Assembly: GCA_964391095.1 (NCBI GenBank)
Contig: CAYMJA010000001.1
Span: 1-59,795 of the forward strand
From: an uncultured Candidatus Saccharibacteria bacterium
GTDB lineage: Bacteria; Patescibacteriota; Minisyncoccia; Minisyncoccales; GWA2-38-27
Direction of reading: 5' to 3'
DNA: 59,795 nt
The position numbers and the translations under genes were made by a program. Under the pieces are notes generated by a model. It searched no databases. It saw only the letters and a program-made list of their open reading frames with translations, and had not been told where the DNA came from. This document shows, one piece after another, positions 30,649-39,480 of this stretch; the stretch's first letter is position 1, and each line of letters begins with the position of its first letter.

Positions 30649-30719
30649 TTGCGGGGCCGGGATGTGCGCCCGGGTCTCGAGGTTATGGGCCTCGCAAGAT
30701 ACTACTTCTCCACCCCGCA
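30649..30719 (-). tRNA. Atypical tRNA-like gene, CAT anticodon, degenerate D and T loops (71 nt)
   Basis: Cloverleaf: TGCGGGG-TG-GAGA-AGTAGTA-TCTT-G-CGAGG-CCCATAA-CCTCG-AGAC-CCGGG-CGCACAT-CCCGG-CCCCGCA-A. GC-rich and located 1 nt from the next tRNA. Confidence 0.5.
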
Positions 30720-30724
30720 ATTGT

Positions 30725-30753
30725 ATTATATTATAACACTTGGGAAAAATCAA
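30725..30753 (-). promoter_or_regulatory. Sigma70-like promoter for the tRNA cluster (GGGTTGATT-17-TATAAT)
   Basis: The -10 box ends about 5 nt before the first tRNA 5' end. Confidence 0.6.
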
Positions 30754-30779
30754 CCCTGATAAAAATCTATCTAAAATAG

Positions 30780-30823
30780 GGCTATGACAAAAATCCCGCG
30801 ATCGCGGGATTTTTGTCATAGCC
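30780..30823. repeat. Perfect 44-nt palindrome (22-bp stem, GATC centre)
   Basis: GGCTATGACAAAAATCCCGCGA|TCGCGGGATTTTTGTCATAGCC. Confidence 0.9.
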
Positions 30824-30849
30824 TCTCCTGGAATTTTAAGACAATTCTT

Positions 30850-31359
30850 CTAAAGCAACTCTAGATTTCGCAAGGTCTTTTCATAAACTTCTAATACTCT
30901 TTTTGCCTGGTCCAAGGTTAATCGATAATCAGGGTCGTGGACAATGTTGTCGCGGGTTTTGTGGGCTTTCCAAACTTCTTCCAGATTAGGTAAAACAGAT
31001 AGGTCTATTTGCTCCAACCTTTGAGCAGAACTATCCCCTTTATACCCCATCTTCTTTAAAACAGCATCTAATAAACCGTCTGCCTCAATTACCGCCAGCT
31101 TGTATTCGGCCTCTCTATCGGTCTCTAATCTTTTAATAATCTTATTCCAGTGTTTAAAGGTCTCCTTTACCCCAAAGGGTCGATAAGTGACAAACTCTGT
31201 TAGTGCTTCTAAATAACGACTCCTCATCCAGCTGCTTTTTAGGAGAAGAATAATAAGACCTATTAGAAGAATTAAAGAAATAAGTATAAAAATAATTTTG
31301 AGATATAGGAAATGTCCCGTAAATTCAGGATGTACAATGAAATAAATTATATTTTCCAT
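30850..31359 (-). CDS. Hypothetical membrane protein
   Basis: One or two N-terminal TM helices followed by a helical soluble domain. The internal ATG was chosen because the longer ORF overlaps gatA. Confidence 0.6.
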   Translation of the reverse strand: MENIIYFIVHPEFTGHFLYLKIIFILISLILLIGLIILLLKSSWMRSRYLEALTEFVTYRPFGVKETFKHWNKIIKRLETDREAEYKLAVIEADGLLDAVLKKMGYKGDSSAQRLEQIDLSVLPNLEEVWKAHKTRDNIVHDPDYRLTLDQAKRVLEVYEKTLRNLELL

Positions 31360-31378
31360 TTTAGTTAAATTATGTAGT

Positions 31379-32818
31379 TTAAGTTGCAATTACTTGACCA
31401 ATTTTTAAAATTTTATTCTCCTCAAACGGTTTTCCAATAATCTGTAAACCAACGGGCAACTTTCCTACAAAGCCGACTGGGATAGAAACGGCTGGCAAGC
31501 CAACTAAGTTTGGGGAAACAGTAAAAATATCAGAAAGATACATTAAAAGAGGGTCTTTAATTTTTTCACCGATTTTAAATGCCGGGGTTGGTGAGGTCGG
31601 GGTTAAAATAATGTCAACCTTTTGAAATGCCTTATCAAAATCTTCTTTAATTAATGTCCTAACCCTCTGGGCTCTTAAATAATAAGCATCATAATAACCA
31701 GCAGAAAGAGCATAAGTGCCAAGCATAATTCTTCTTTTAACCTCATCTCCAAAACCCTCTGCTCTACTTTGTAAATAAACGTCTAATAAAGTTTTGACAT
31801 TCGACCCCTCGCCCTGGCTAAGAGACAAAGAGCTTGATAGTCCGTATTTTATCCCGTCGTATCTGGCCAAATTGGCTGATGCTTCAGAGTTAGTAATAAG
31901 ATAATAAGTAGCCAAAGCGTATTTTGTATGGGCTAAACTAACTTTTTCAATTTTCGCCCCAAGATTTTCAAATTTTTTAATAGCTGTTTTAATTACTTTT
32001 TCGACTTCAGGGTCCATACCTTTAATAAAATATTCTTTTGGAACACCAATCTTTAATTTCGGAATTTGGGGTTTGGGATTTGGAGTTTTAGATTCGACGC
32101 TAGTTGAATCTTTTGGGTCTTTCCCGGAAATTGCTTCAAATACAATTTTAGCATCTTCGGCTGTTTTTGTTATTGGTCCTATCTGATCCAAAGAAGAAGC
32201 AAAAGCAACTAAGCCATAGCGAGAAACTGCTCCATAAGTTGGCTTTAATCCTACCACGCCGCAAAAAGAAGCCGGTTGCCTAATTGAACCACCAGTATCA
32301 GAACCCAGGGCATAGCAACATAAGTCAGCGGCTACGGCAGCCGCTGACCCTCCAGAAGTTCCGCCAGGCACCCGGGTTAAATCATAAGGATTTTTTGTTG
32401 GAAAAAATGCTGAATTTTCAGTCGAAGACCCCATAGCAAATTCATCTAAATTTGTTTTTCCTAAAATTACTGCTCCGAGTTTTTTAAGTTTTTCTATACA
32501 GGTAGCATCATAAGGCGCAATATAATCTTCAAGGATTTTGGAAGCACAGCTTAGCTTAATTCCCTCAATTAAAATATTATCTTTAACAGCTAAAGGAATT
32601 CCAGCCAGAACCGAAATATTTCTACCAACAGAGATTAAATCATCAATTTTTTTTGCCTGGGAAAGAGCTAATTTTTCTGTAACTGTTAAATAGGCGGAAA
32701 TTTCTTTATCGACTTTTTTAATTCTATCCAAAAATGCTTTAGTCAACTCTAAAGCAGAGAACTTTTTTTTCAATAGTCCCTGATGAGCTTGGCTTATGGT
32801 TAATTTACGAAGTTCCAC
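31379..32818 (-). CDS. gatA: Glutamyl-tRNA(Gln) amidotransferase subunit A (GTG start)
   Basis: Amidase signature [25 protein letters not shown]. Confidence 0.95.
   Translation of the reverse strand: MELRKLTISQAHQGLLKKKFSALELTKAFLDRIKKVDKEISAYLTVTEKLALSQAKKIDDLISVGRNISVLAGIPLAVKDNILIEGIKLSCASKILEDYIAPYDATCIEKLKKLGAVILGKTNLDEFAMGSSTENSAFFPTKNPYDLTRVPGGTSGGSAAAVAADLCCYALGSDTGGSIRQPASFCGVVGLKPTYGAVSRYGLVAFASSLDQIGPITKTAEDAKIVFEAISGKDPKDSTSVESKTPNPKPQIPKLKIGVPKEYFIKGMDPEVEKVIKTAIKKFENLGAKIEKVSLAHTKYALATYYLITNSEASANLARYDGIKYGLSSSLSLSQGEGSNVKTLLDVYLQSRAEGFGDEVKRRIMLGTYALSAGYYDAYYLRAQRVRTLIKEDFDKAFQKVDIILTPTSPTPAFKIGEKIKDPLLMYLSDIFTVSPNLVGLPAVSIPVGFVGKLPVGLQIIGKPFEENKILKIGQVIAT
32061..32089. repeat. 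In-frame TTTGGGN heptamer array in gatA
   Basis: GGAATTTGGGGTTTGGGATTTGGAGTTTT, encoding [11 protein letters not shown]. Confidence 0.8.
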
Positions 32819-32821
32819 AAT

Positions 32822-32869
32822 TCAGCGAACAACGAACAGTATCTAATTCATTTTGTCCATTGTTTATTG
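32822..32869 (-). repeat. Intercistronic repeat (copy A), homologous to 58444-58498
   Basis: TCAGCGAACAACGAACAGTATCTAATTCATTTTGTCCATTGTTTATTG. Confidence 0.85.
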
Positions 32870-33169
32870 AAAAATTGCTTTGACCTTAATATGTCTATTC
32901 TTTCTCTGTGGGGCTGCTTCTACTAATTCATTCTTTACTTCGCTTTTTTGGGGTTTTTCTATATCTTCTCTTGTGATATTTAGCTTTCTATTTAAAAAAT
33001 GTTCAGCCGGATGAAAGGTCGGTTCAACTCTGGAAACATTAACCCCTTTTAACAAATTAAAATAATCTAAAATCGAAGAAAGCTCTTTTCTGAATTTTCC
33101 TTCCTCTTTTTTAGTAACACCTAATCTAGCAAGTTTAGCAATATGTTGAACATCTTTTTTCGAAATCAT
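32864..33169 (-). CDS. gatC: Glutamyl-tRNA(Gln) amidotransferase subunit C
   Basis: VQHIAKLARLGVTKKE...SILDYF, upstream of gatA. Confidence 0.9.
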   Translation of the reverse strand: MISKKDVQHIAKLARLGVTKKEEGKFRKELSSILDYFNLLKGVNVSRVEPTFHPAEHFLNRKLNITREDIEKPQKSEVKNELVEAAPQRKNRHIKVKAIFQ

Positions 33170-33204
33170 ACTTAATACCTAATAGTTAATACTTAATACT
33201 TAAT
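33170..33204. repeat. Heptamer array (ACTTAAT)x5 filling the gatC-mreB spacer
   Basis: ACTTAAT ACCTAAT AGTTAAT ACTTAAT ACTTAAT. Confidence 0.9.
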
Positions 33205-34256
33205 TAACGAGGCGCTTCCATATCCTCTGTTCCTGTCAATACTTCGTGTAACTCATCAAGTTTTTCTAAAACCATTCCCGCCCCTCTAACCATGGCTGTT
33301 ATTGAATCTTCAATAATTTGAGTAGGAATTCTTACTTCTTGTTGAATTAAAATATCCAATCCTCTTAAAAGACCACCGCCACCAGCAAGATAGATTCCTT
33401 TTGACATAATGTCAGCTAAAAGCTCAGGAGGGGTTTCTTCTATTGTGGTCTTTACGGCTGTAACAATTTGTCCTATTGATTTTTCCAAAGCATGTCTTAT
33501 GTCCTCATCAGAAATCAAAATTTCTTCTGGAAGTCCGGTTATTATATTTCTGCCTCGTAAGGGAAGCTCTTTTCTCTCTTTTAAAGGAAAAGCGGAACCA
33601 ATTTCAATTTTAGTCCTCTCAGCTGTCCTCTCACCAATTAATAACTTATATTCTTCTTGAACAAATTGAATTATATCTTCGTTAAGTTTATCTCCAGCAA
33701 CACGAATACTTTTGGCAATAACTATTCCGCCAAGAGAAATTACTGCTACTTCGGTGGTCCCTCCTCCGATATCAACGATAAAATTACCTCCTGCTTCCTG
33801 AACAGCTAATCTTGCCCCGATAGCAGCTGCCATTGGCTCTTCTATTAAAAACACCCGCCTGGCACCAGCATTTTTTGCAGCATCGCAAACCGCTTTTCTC
33901 TCAACCTCGGTCACTCCATAGGGAATTCCAATAATAACCCTGGGGCGAGGTCCCAAAACAAATTTCCCCTTGTGAACTTTCTCAATAAAATATCTTAGCA
34001 TTTGCTCTGTAACTTCAAAATCAGAAATTACTCCATCACGCAAGGGCCTGGTGGCAACAATATAAGCCGGGGTTCGACCAACCATTTTTTGGGCCTCTTC
34101 ACCAATTGCCAAGATTTGACCCGTTTTTTGATTTATGGCTACCACCGAGGGCTCATTAATAACTATCCCTCTACCTTTAACATAAACCAATGAGGTAGCG
34201 GTTCCCAAATCAATAGCTATATCGTCTGAAAAATAGGAAAAAAATTTATTAATCAT
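33204..34256 (-). CDS. mreB: Rod-shape protein MreB (paralog 1)
   Basis: IAIDLGTATSLVYV, DIGGGTTEVAVISLGG actin-fold motifs. Confidence 0.93.
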   Translation of the reverse strand: MINKFFSYFSDDIAIDLGTATSLVYVKGRGIVINEPSVVAINQKTGQILAIGEEAQKMVGRTPAYIVATRPLRDGVISDFEVTEQMLRYFIEKVHKGKFVLGPRPRVIIGIPYGVTEVERKAVCDAAKNAGARRVFLIEEPMAAAIGARLAVQEAGGNFIVDIGGGTTEVAVISLGGIVIAKSIRVAGDKLNEDIIQFVQEEYKLLIGERTAERTKIEIGSAFPLKERKELPLRGRNIITGLPEEILISDEDIRHALEKSIGQIVTAVKTTIEETPPELLADIMSKGIYLAGGGGLLRGLDILIQQEVRIPTQIIEDSITAMVRGAGMVLEKLDELHEVLTGTEDMEAPR

Positions 34257-34289
34257 AGAAGGATGACACCTTAAATTATAAAATTTGAA

Positions 34290-35375
34290 TTAGAAAATTC
34301 TGGCGATATCTTTTATTGTTACACAAATCATTAAAGCAATTAATAGAAAAAAGAAAAAGACAGTAATTTTTTGCTCAATCTTTTGACTTACTGGCTTTCC
34401 TCTTATTTTTTCAACAATAAGAAACAACAGCCACCCACCATCCAGGGCAGGAATAGGTAAAATATTAATTAAAGCTAAACAAATAGAGATTACAGCTATA
34501 AAGTGTAAAAAATAACTTATTCCTAAAATTCCTACTTGAGCGAATAGTTCAAAAATTCCTACCGGTCCCCTTAATTCAACACCAGGGGGCATTCCTTCGC
34601 CCTGAACCAAACTTGCAATAGTCATTCCCCATCCCTTCATTACAATCACAGTCAAGTTACTGGTAGCTAAAATTCCTTGAATTGGAGCTTGGTACCAAGG
34701 ATAGGACTTCAGGGCCGTTCTAATCAAAGATACTCCCATCGGACCTTCATCTTTAGGAGGTACCTCTCGCGGAATCAAGGAAACATCAAAAATTTCTTTC
34801 CCTCGTTGAATTGTTAAAGTAATCTCTTGACCTTTGTACTTTTCTGTAAGTTTTTGAACCTCATTTGTTTTATTTATTGAAAATTGGTCATTGAGAATTG
34901 AAAATTCTCTGATAGTGTCTCCAATTCTTATCCCCGCTTCTTCTGCCGGAGAAGCCGGGGAAACGGTCATAATTTGAACTTTCGGGTTAACTAAATTACC
35001 ATTATCATCATCTCCTATCTGCATGGGAACGCCCAGATACATTACAATGGTTAGTAAAATTGCGGCAACCACCCAAAAGGAGATAACACCGCCCAAAATA
35101 ATTAAAGCTTTTTGCCAAAAAGGTTTAGTGCTAAAACTCCGAGGATTATCAATTCTTTCCTCGTGTCCGTAAATCTTAACAAAAGCTCCGAATGGTAAAA
35201 GGTTTAAAGAATAAATTGTCTCCCCTATTTTTTTTCCAAAAAGCCGGGGAGGATAACCTATGCCAAACTCTTCAACTTTTACTCCAAATTTCTTTGCCAA
35301 AGCAAAGTGCCCTAACTCATGAAGAACTACTAAGCAGATGAGACTAAAAAATGCAATAAGAATAGTTAAAAGCAT
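34290..35375 (-). CDS. rseP: Site-2 (M50) zinc metalloprotease RseP-like with PDZ domain
   Basis: HELGHF, PDZ (PAEEAGIRIGDTI), NILPIPALDGG. Confidence 0.9.
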   Translation of the reverse strand: MLLTILIAFFSLICLVVLHELGHFALAKKFGVKVEEFGIGYPPRLFGKKIGETIYSLNLLPFGAFVKIYGHEERIDNPRSFSTKPFWQKALIILGGVISFWVVAAILLTIVMYLGVPMQIGDDDNGNLVNPKVQIMTVSPASPAEEAGIRIGDTIREFSILNDQFSINKTNEVQKLTEKYKGQEITLTIQRGKEIFDVSLIPREVPPKDEGPMGVSLIRTALKSYPWYQAPIQGILATSNLTVIVMKGWGMTIASLVQGEGMPPGVELRGPVGIFELFAQVGILGISYFLHFIAVISICLALINILPIPALDGGWLLFLIVEKIRGKPVSQKIEQKITVFFFFLLIALMICVTIKDIARIF

Positions 35376-35398
35376 AAATTTTTATTTTGCGGAGACGT

Positions 35399-35956
35399 TT
35401 ACTCCATTATTTCCTTCTTTTTTCTTTCCCCTATTTCCCCAATTTTTTTATTATATTCATCGATTAAATCTTGAAGTTCATCTTTTGCTCGAAATTTATC
35501 ATCCTCGCGGATTTCTCCTGCTCCGAATCTTTCCTGTATTTCTCGCCAGGCTTCTTCTCGCCATCGCCTTATTGTTTTTCGAGCTTCTTCTTGTTTCACC
35601 GACAAAACTCGAAGTAAATCTTTTCGATATTCCTCGCTTAAAAGAGGTAAAGAAATACGAATTACATCTTTATCAACCACCGGAGACATTCCTATACCCG
35701 ATTGTAGAATTGCTTTCTCAATTGATTCAATGTATGATTTATCCCAGGGTTGAACAAGAATCTGCCGAGAGCCTGGTAAAGATATGGCAGCCAATTGTTT
35801 TAAAGAAAACTTTTCTCCAAAACAATCAACAATGATATTTTCAACCAAAGAAGGCGAAGCCCTGCCTGTTCGAAGTTTCATCAATTCCCTCTCTAAAAAA
35901 TTGATGGCTTTATCAAATTCAGGTCTAATTTTGTCAATGATTTCTTTGTAAGACAC
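35399..35956 (-). CDS. frr: Ribosome recycling factor
   Basis: LRTGRASPSLVENI. The GTG start at 35956 gives an N-terminus matching the length of E. coli RRF; the track ORF starts at a TTG inside a GC hairpin at 35995. Confidence 0.88.
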   Translation of the reverse strand: MSYKEIIDKIRPEFDKAINFLERELMKLRTGRASPSLVENIIVDCFGEKFSLKQLAAISLPGSRQILVQPWDKSYIESIEKAILQSGIGMSPVVDKDVIRISLPLLSEEYRKDLLRVLSVKQEEARKTIRRWREEAWREIQERFGAGEIREDDKFRAKDELQDLIDEYNKKIGEIGERKKKEIME

Positions 35957-35959
35957 GTT

Positions 35960-36046
35960 GATTAATTCAAGATTATAATTGCGGCGAAGCCGCAATATGT
36001 TTTTTATACCTTAGCGAATCAAGGTTCTGACGAAGTCGGGTTCTTA
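35960..36046 (-). repeat. Intercistronic repeat (copy B), homologous to 3703-3776, with an extra GC hairpin
   Basis: Shares CCTTAGCGAATCAAGGTTCTGACGA and TAATTCAAGAT with copy A, and contains ATTGCGGC-gaa-GCCGCAAT. Confidence 0.8.
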
Positions 36047-37006
36047 CATTTCCATTAATAAAATTTCAAGAGCTAATTTTGAATTAACGTTAGTAGTTGA
36101 AACCAAAAAATTCGTTGATTGAATAAGTTTAAGAATGTTTTTAAGTTTAGATAAAGAGCAATAGTGAAAAGCATCAGTCTTTTTTATGGTAGAACTTGAA
36201 CGGCATTCGGTCAATCTAAAAAGAAATATATTTCTAAGATATCTCAACCAAGTATCCAAAATTTTTTTGAAATTGTCTATTGGAATGTTAGACAAATCTT
36301 TAGCATATTTAAAACGAAACGCCAATTCCGAATTACTAATTTTAATAAGATCTGAAATAAGTTTCTGTTGATTTTTAAGTTTCTGAGAATCCAAAAGAAA
36401 ATTTATAGCCATTCCCGGCCTTCCTAAGGAAAGCAAGGCAAGATACTCTGCCTCGCTTTGTGAAACCCCTCGATTTATGAGATAATCTTCAATCTCTTCA
36501 CTTTCAACCGGCAAAAATCTAAGTTTTTGAACTCGAGAAAGAATAGTTGGCAGCAAGATTTCAGGATATTCGGTTATCAAAATTAAAAGGGTTTTACCTT
36601 TTGGTTCTTCAAGTATCTTTAAAAAAGAGTTTTGAGCCTCCCGAGTCATTAAATGAGCTTTATCTATAACCACCGCCTTGAAGAAAGTTGAATAGGAACG
36701 GAGAGATAGTTTCCAAATAAGGTCTCTTATTTGAGATATTTGAATTCCCTCCTCAGCAATTTTTGGTTCTATTAAATTGAAATCAGGGTGTAGCCCTTTT
36801 TGAACGTCCCGGCAACTTCTGCAAATCTGACAAGGCCTTTTAGAAATATCTTTCTCTTCACAATTTAAATATTTAACAAATTCAATGGCTAAAGTTTTTT
36901 TCCCTAATTGCTCCTGTCCATAAAATAAAAGAGCATGAGGAATTTTTCCCATTTTTTCTAACTTTCTTAAAAACTGTCTTTGTTTTTGATGACCAATAAT
37001 TTTCAT
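36044..37006 (-). CDS. holB: DNA polymerase III delta' subunit
   Basis: IPHALLFYGQEQLGKKT, Zn module CQICRSC, AQNSFLKILEEP. Confidence 0.88.
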   Translation of the reverse strand: MKIIGHQKQRQFLRKLEKMGKIPHALLFYGQEQLGKKTLAIEFVKYLNCEEKDISKRPCQICRSCRDVQKGLHPDFNLIEPKIAEEGIQISQIRDLIWKLSLRSYSTFFKAVVIDKAHLMTREAQNSFLKILEEPKGKTLLILITEYPEILLPTILSRVQKLRFLPVESEEIEDYLINRGVSQSEAEYLALLSLGRPGMAINFLLDSQKLKNQQKLISDLIKISNSELAFRFKYAKDLSNIPIDNFKKILDTWLRYLRNIFLFRLTECRSSSTIKKTDAFHYCSLSKLKNILKLIQSTNFLVSTTNVNSKLALEILLMEM

Positions 37007-37012
37007 TGTTAT

Positions 37013-37095
37013 AATGTTAGAATGTTAGAATGTTAGATCGCTCGCTCCGCTCGCTTATTCTAATGTTGTAATGTAACATTAGAATATTAGAACAT
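37013..37095. repeat. Composite intergenic repeat: (AATGTTAG)x3, GC-rich core, 11-bp hairpin
   Basis: AATGTTAG x3 (37013-37036); CGCTCGCTCCGCTCGC; ATTCTAATGTT/AACATTAGAAT (37057-37085). Confidence 0.85.
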
Positions 37096-37096
37096 C

Positions 37097-38140
37097 TTAC
37101 TTTTTCGCCATTATACTCTTTTTATAGACCTCAAGGTTTTCAAGCACTACCCCTGTTCCCTTAGCTACGCAAAATAAAGGTTCATCAGCTAAAAAACAAG
37201 GAACACCAGTAGATCGAGCAATAAGTTCATCAATCCTTCTAAGCATTGCTCCCCCTCCAGAAAGAACCATTCCTTTATCTATGATATCAGCTGAAAGTTC
37301 AGGGGGCGTATCTTTCAAAACCGTCTTAATTATTTGAACAATTTCATTAAGTCGGTCGAAAATTGCCTCTTGAATTTCATTAGATGAAATTTTAAGATTT
37401 CGGGGCAATCCTGAAATTAAATCTCGACCTCGAATTTCTAACCTCTTCTCAGAAATCTGTTCACCCTTAGAAGAGCCGGAAAATGCAACCTTTTCTGGTA
37501 AAGCTGTGCCGATTTTTATTTTTATTTCTTCGGCAGTTTGCTCGCCGATAGCCAAATTATGCTTTTGTTTGATGTAATTTGAAATTGCCTGGTCTATTTT
37601 ATCTCCACCCGCTCTCAAAGAAGAAGAGGTTACTATTCCTCCAAGAGCAATTACAGCCACCTCTGAAGTTCCTCCCCCAATGTCAACAATCATATGGCCC
37701 GAACAAGAATCAATAGGAATACCAGCACCAATCGCAGCTAAAATAGGTTCTTTGGCAACGTATACTGCTTGAGCACCCGCTGCCATCCCGGCTTCAATCA
37801 CCGCTCTTTTTTCAGTTGAGGTAATACCAGCCGGAACTCCGATTAATAATTCCGGTTTCAAAAAACTGAAAGACCCTGTTGTTTTTTTAATAAAATATTT
37901 CATCATTGCCTCGGTGACACGATAATCAGCAATCACCCCATCTTTTAATGGTCGATAAACCCTTATAGTATCTGGAGTCCGACCAGTCATTTTTTTGGCT
38001 TCTTGTCCTACTGCTAAAATTCTATTTTCAGAGACCCCAACTGCTACTACCGACGGTTCGTTCAAAACCACTCCTTTATGGGGGATAAAAACTATAGAAT
38101 TACAAGTCCCAAGATCAATGCCGATTTTTTTAGAAAACAT
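37097..38140 (-). CDS. mreB: Rod-shape protein MreB (paralog 2)
   Basis: IGIDLGTCNSIVF, DIGGGTSEVAVIALGG. Has about a 12-aa insert (VAFSGSSKGEQIS) relative to paralog 1. Confidence 0.9.
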   Translation of the reverse strand: MFSKKIGIDLGTCNSIVFIPHKGVVLNEPSVVAVGVSENRILAVGQEAKKMTGRTPDTIRVYRPLKDGVIADYRVTEAMMKYFIKKTTGSFSFLKPELLIGVPAGITSTEKRAVIEAGMAAGAQAVYVAKEPILAAIGAGIPIDSCSGHMIVDIGGGTSEVAVIALGGIVTSSSLRAGGDKIDQAISNYIKQKHNLAIGEQTAEEIKIKIGTALPEKVAFSGSSKGEQISEKRLEIRGRDLISGLPRNLKISSNEIQEAIFDRLNEIVQIIKTVLKDTPPELSADIIDKGMVLSGGGAMLRRIDELIARSTGVPCFLADEPLFCVAKGTGVVLENLEVYKKSIMAKK

Positions 38141-38145
38141 AAATA

Positions 38146-39414
38146 TTACGCCTTTATTCTCTTAATATTTGCCCCTAATTTCTGCAGGCGTTCCTCAATC
38201 CGTTCGTATCCCCTATCAATCTGATAAACATTGCCAATAATGCTTTGCCCCTTAGCGATTAAAGCCGCAGCTATTAAAGAAACCCCACCTCTTAGATCGG
38301 GAGAGGCTACCTCAATGCCATAAAGGGGGGTAGGGCCGGAAATTATTGCTCGGTGAGGGTCAGCAAAAATAATTTGTCCCCCCATTTTATTTATCTCTTC
38401 CAGATACTTTAATCTTCCTTCGTATAAAGGATCGTGAATTAAAGTTGGGCCCTTTATCTGGGTCGCTAAAACACCAAAAAGGGGAAGTAAATCAGTGGCT
38501 AAGCCAGGATAAGGCAAACTTTGAATTTTATCAATTTTTAAAGAGGTCCAGGGTTTTACTCCAATTGAGTTTTTGGAAACTCTCTGATAAGGAAGACCAA
38601 AATCTCTTAATCTTTTAAGAAAAAATTCTAAAAAGGAAAACTCTACATTTTTTACCAAAACTCTTCCTTTGGCACAAGCCGTCATTAGAATAAAGGTCCC
38701 GGCTTCAATAGGGTCTGAGATTAATTTATGCTTCACTCCTCTTAACTGTTTTTTGCCTTTCACTTCTAAGATATGAGTTCCGACCCCTTTGATTCTAACC
38801 CCCATTTTCTTCAAAAATTTACTTAATTCTTGAACGCTGTAATCGGCATCAGCATTTTTAATTATAGTCTTTTTAGGAATTAAACTGGCAAATAGTAAAA
38901 GGTTTTCGGTGGCAGTAACGCTAAATTCATTTAAAATAATTCTCCCTCCTTTTGAAAGACGGGGGAGTTCTAATTTAAAACTATTGCCCTCCGAAGAAAC
39001 CTTAACGCCCAACTGAGAAAAAGCATCCAAGTGAGTATCAACCGGCCTAGCTCCAATTAGACAACCTCCGGGCTGAGGCAATTTGGCTTTATGAAATCTA
39101 GCCAGTAAAGGCCCAAAGAATAACACTGAACCTCTAAATTTTGAAATCAAATCTTTTCTAATTTTGTCAGGATTTATGTTTTTAGCTCTAATTTTCAAAG
39201 TTCTTTTTCCCTCCCAAGAAATTTCAGCTCCTAAGCTTTCTAAGATCTTGATACTCAAAAAAACATCTTCAATTAAGGGAAGATTTTCAATAAGACAGTC
39301 CTCTTTGGTTAAAAGGGTGGCTGCTAAAAGAGGAAAGGCAGCATTCTTTGCTCCCCTCACCTCAACAATTCCTTTTAAAGGTTTTTTCCCTTGGATGATA
39401 AATTTCTCGAACAT
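38146..39414 (-). CDS. murA: UDP-N-acetylglucosamine 1-carboxyvinyltransferase
   Basis: VRGAKNAAFPLLAA, GGCLIGARPVDTHL (catalytic Cys). Confidence 0.95.
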   Translation of the reverse strand: MFEKFIIQGKKPLKGIVEVRGAKNAAFPLLAATLLTKEDCLIENLPLIEDVFLSIKILESLGAEISWEGKRTLKIRAKNINPDKIRKDLISKFRGSVLFFGPLLARFHKAKLPQPGGCLIGARPVDTHLDAFSQLGVKVSSEGNSFKLELPRLSKGGRIILNEFSVTATENLLLFASLIPKKTIIKNADADYSVQELSKFLKKMGVRIKGVGTHILEVKGKKQLRGVKHKLISDPIEAGTFILMTACAKGRVLVKNVEFSFLEFFLKRLRDFGLPYQRVSKNSIGVKPWTSLKIDKIQSLPYPGLATDLLPLFGVLATQIKGPTLIHDPLYEGRLKYLEEINKMGGQIIFADPHRAIISGPTPLYGIEVASPDLRGGVSLIAAALIAKGQSIIGNVYQIDRGYERIEERLQKLGANIKRIKA

Positions 39415-39480
39415 AATTTTATGTTAAACCAAAACTCAGAAATTGGCAAGCCCTTTAAATTAAGGTAAGATAAAAATAAT

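Noticed and set aside
30497-30819. ORFs 30497-30736 (+) and 30610-30819 (-)
   Set aside because: They run through three tRNA genes and the 44-nt palindrome. They are artefacts of GC-rich, stop-poor RNA genes.
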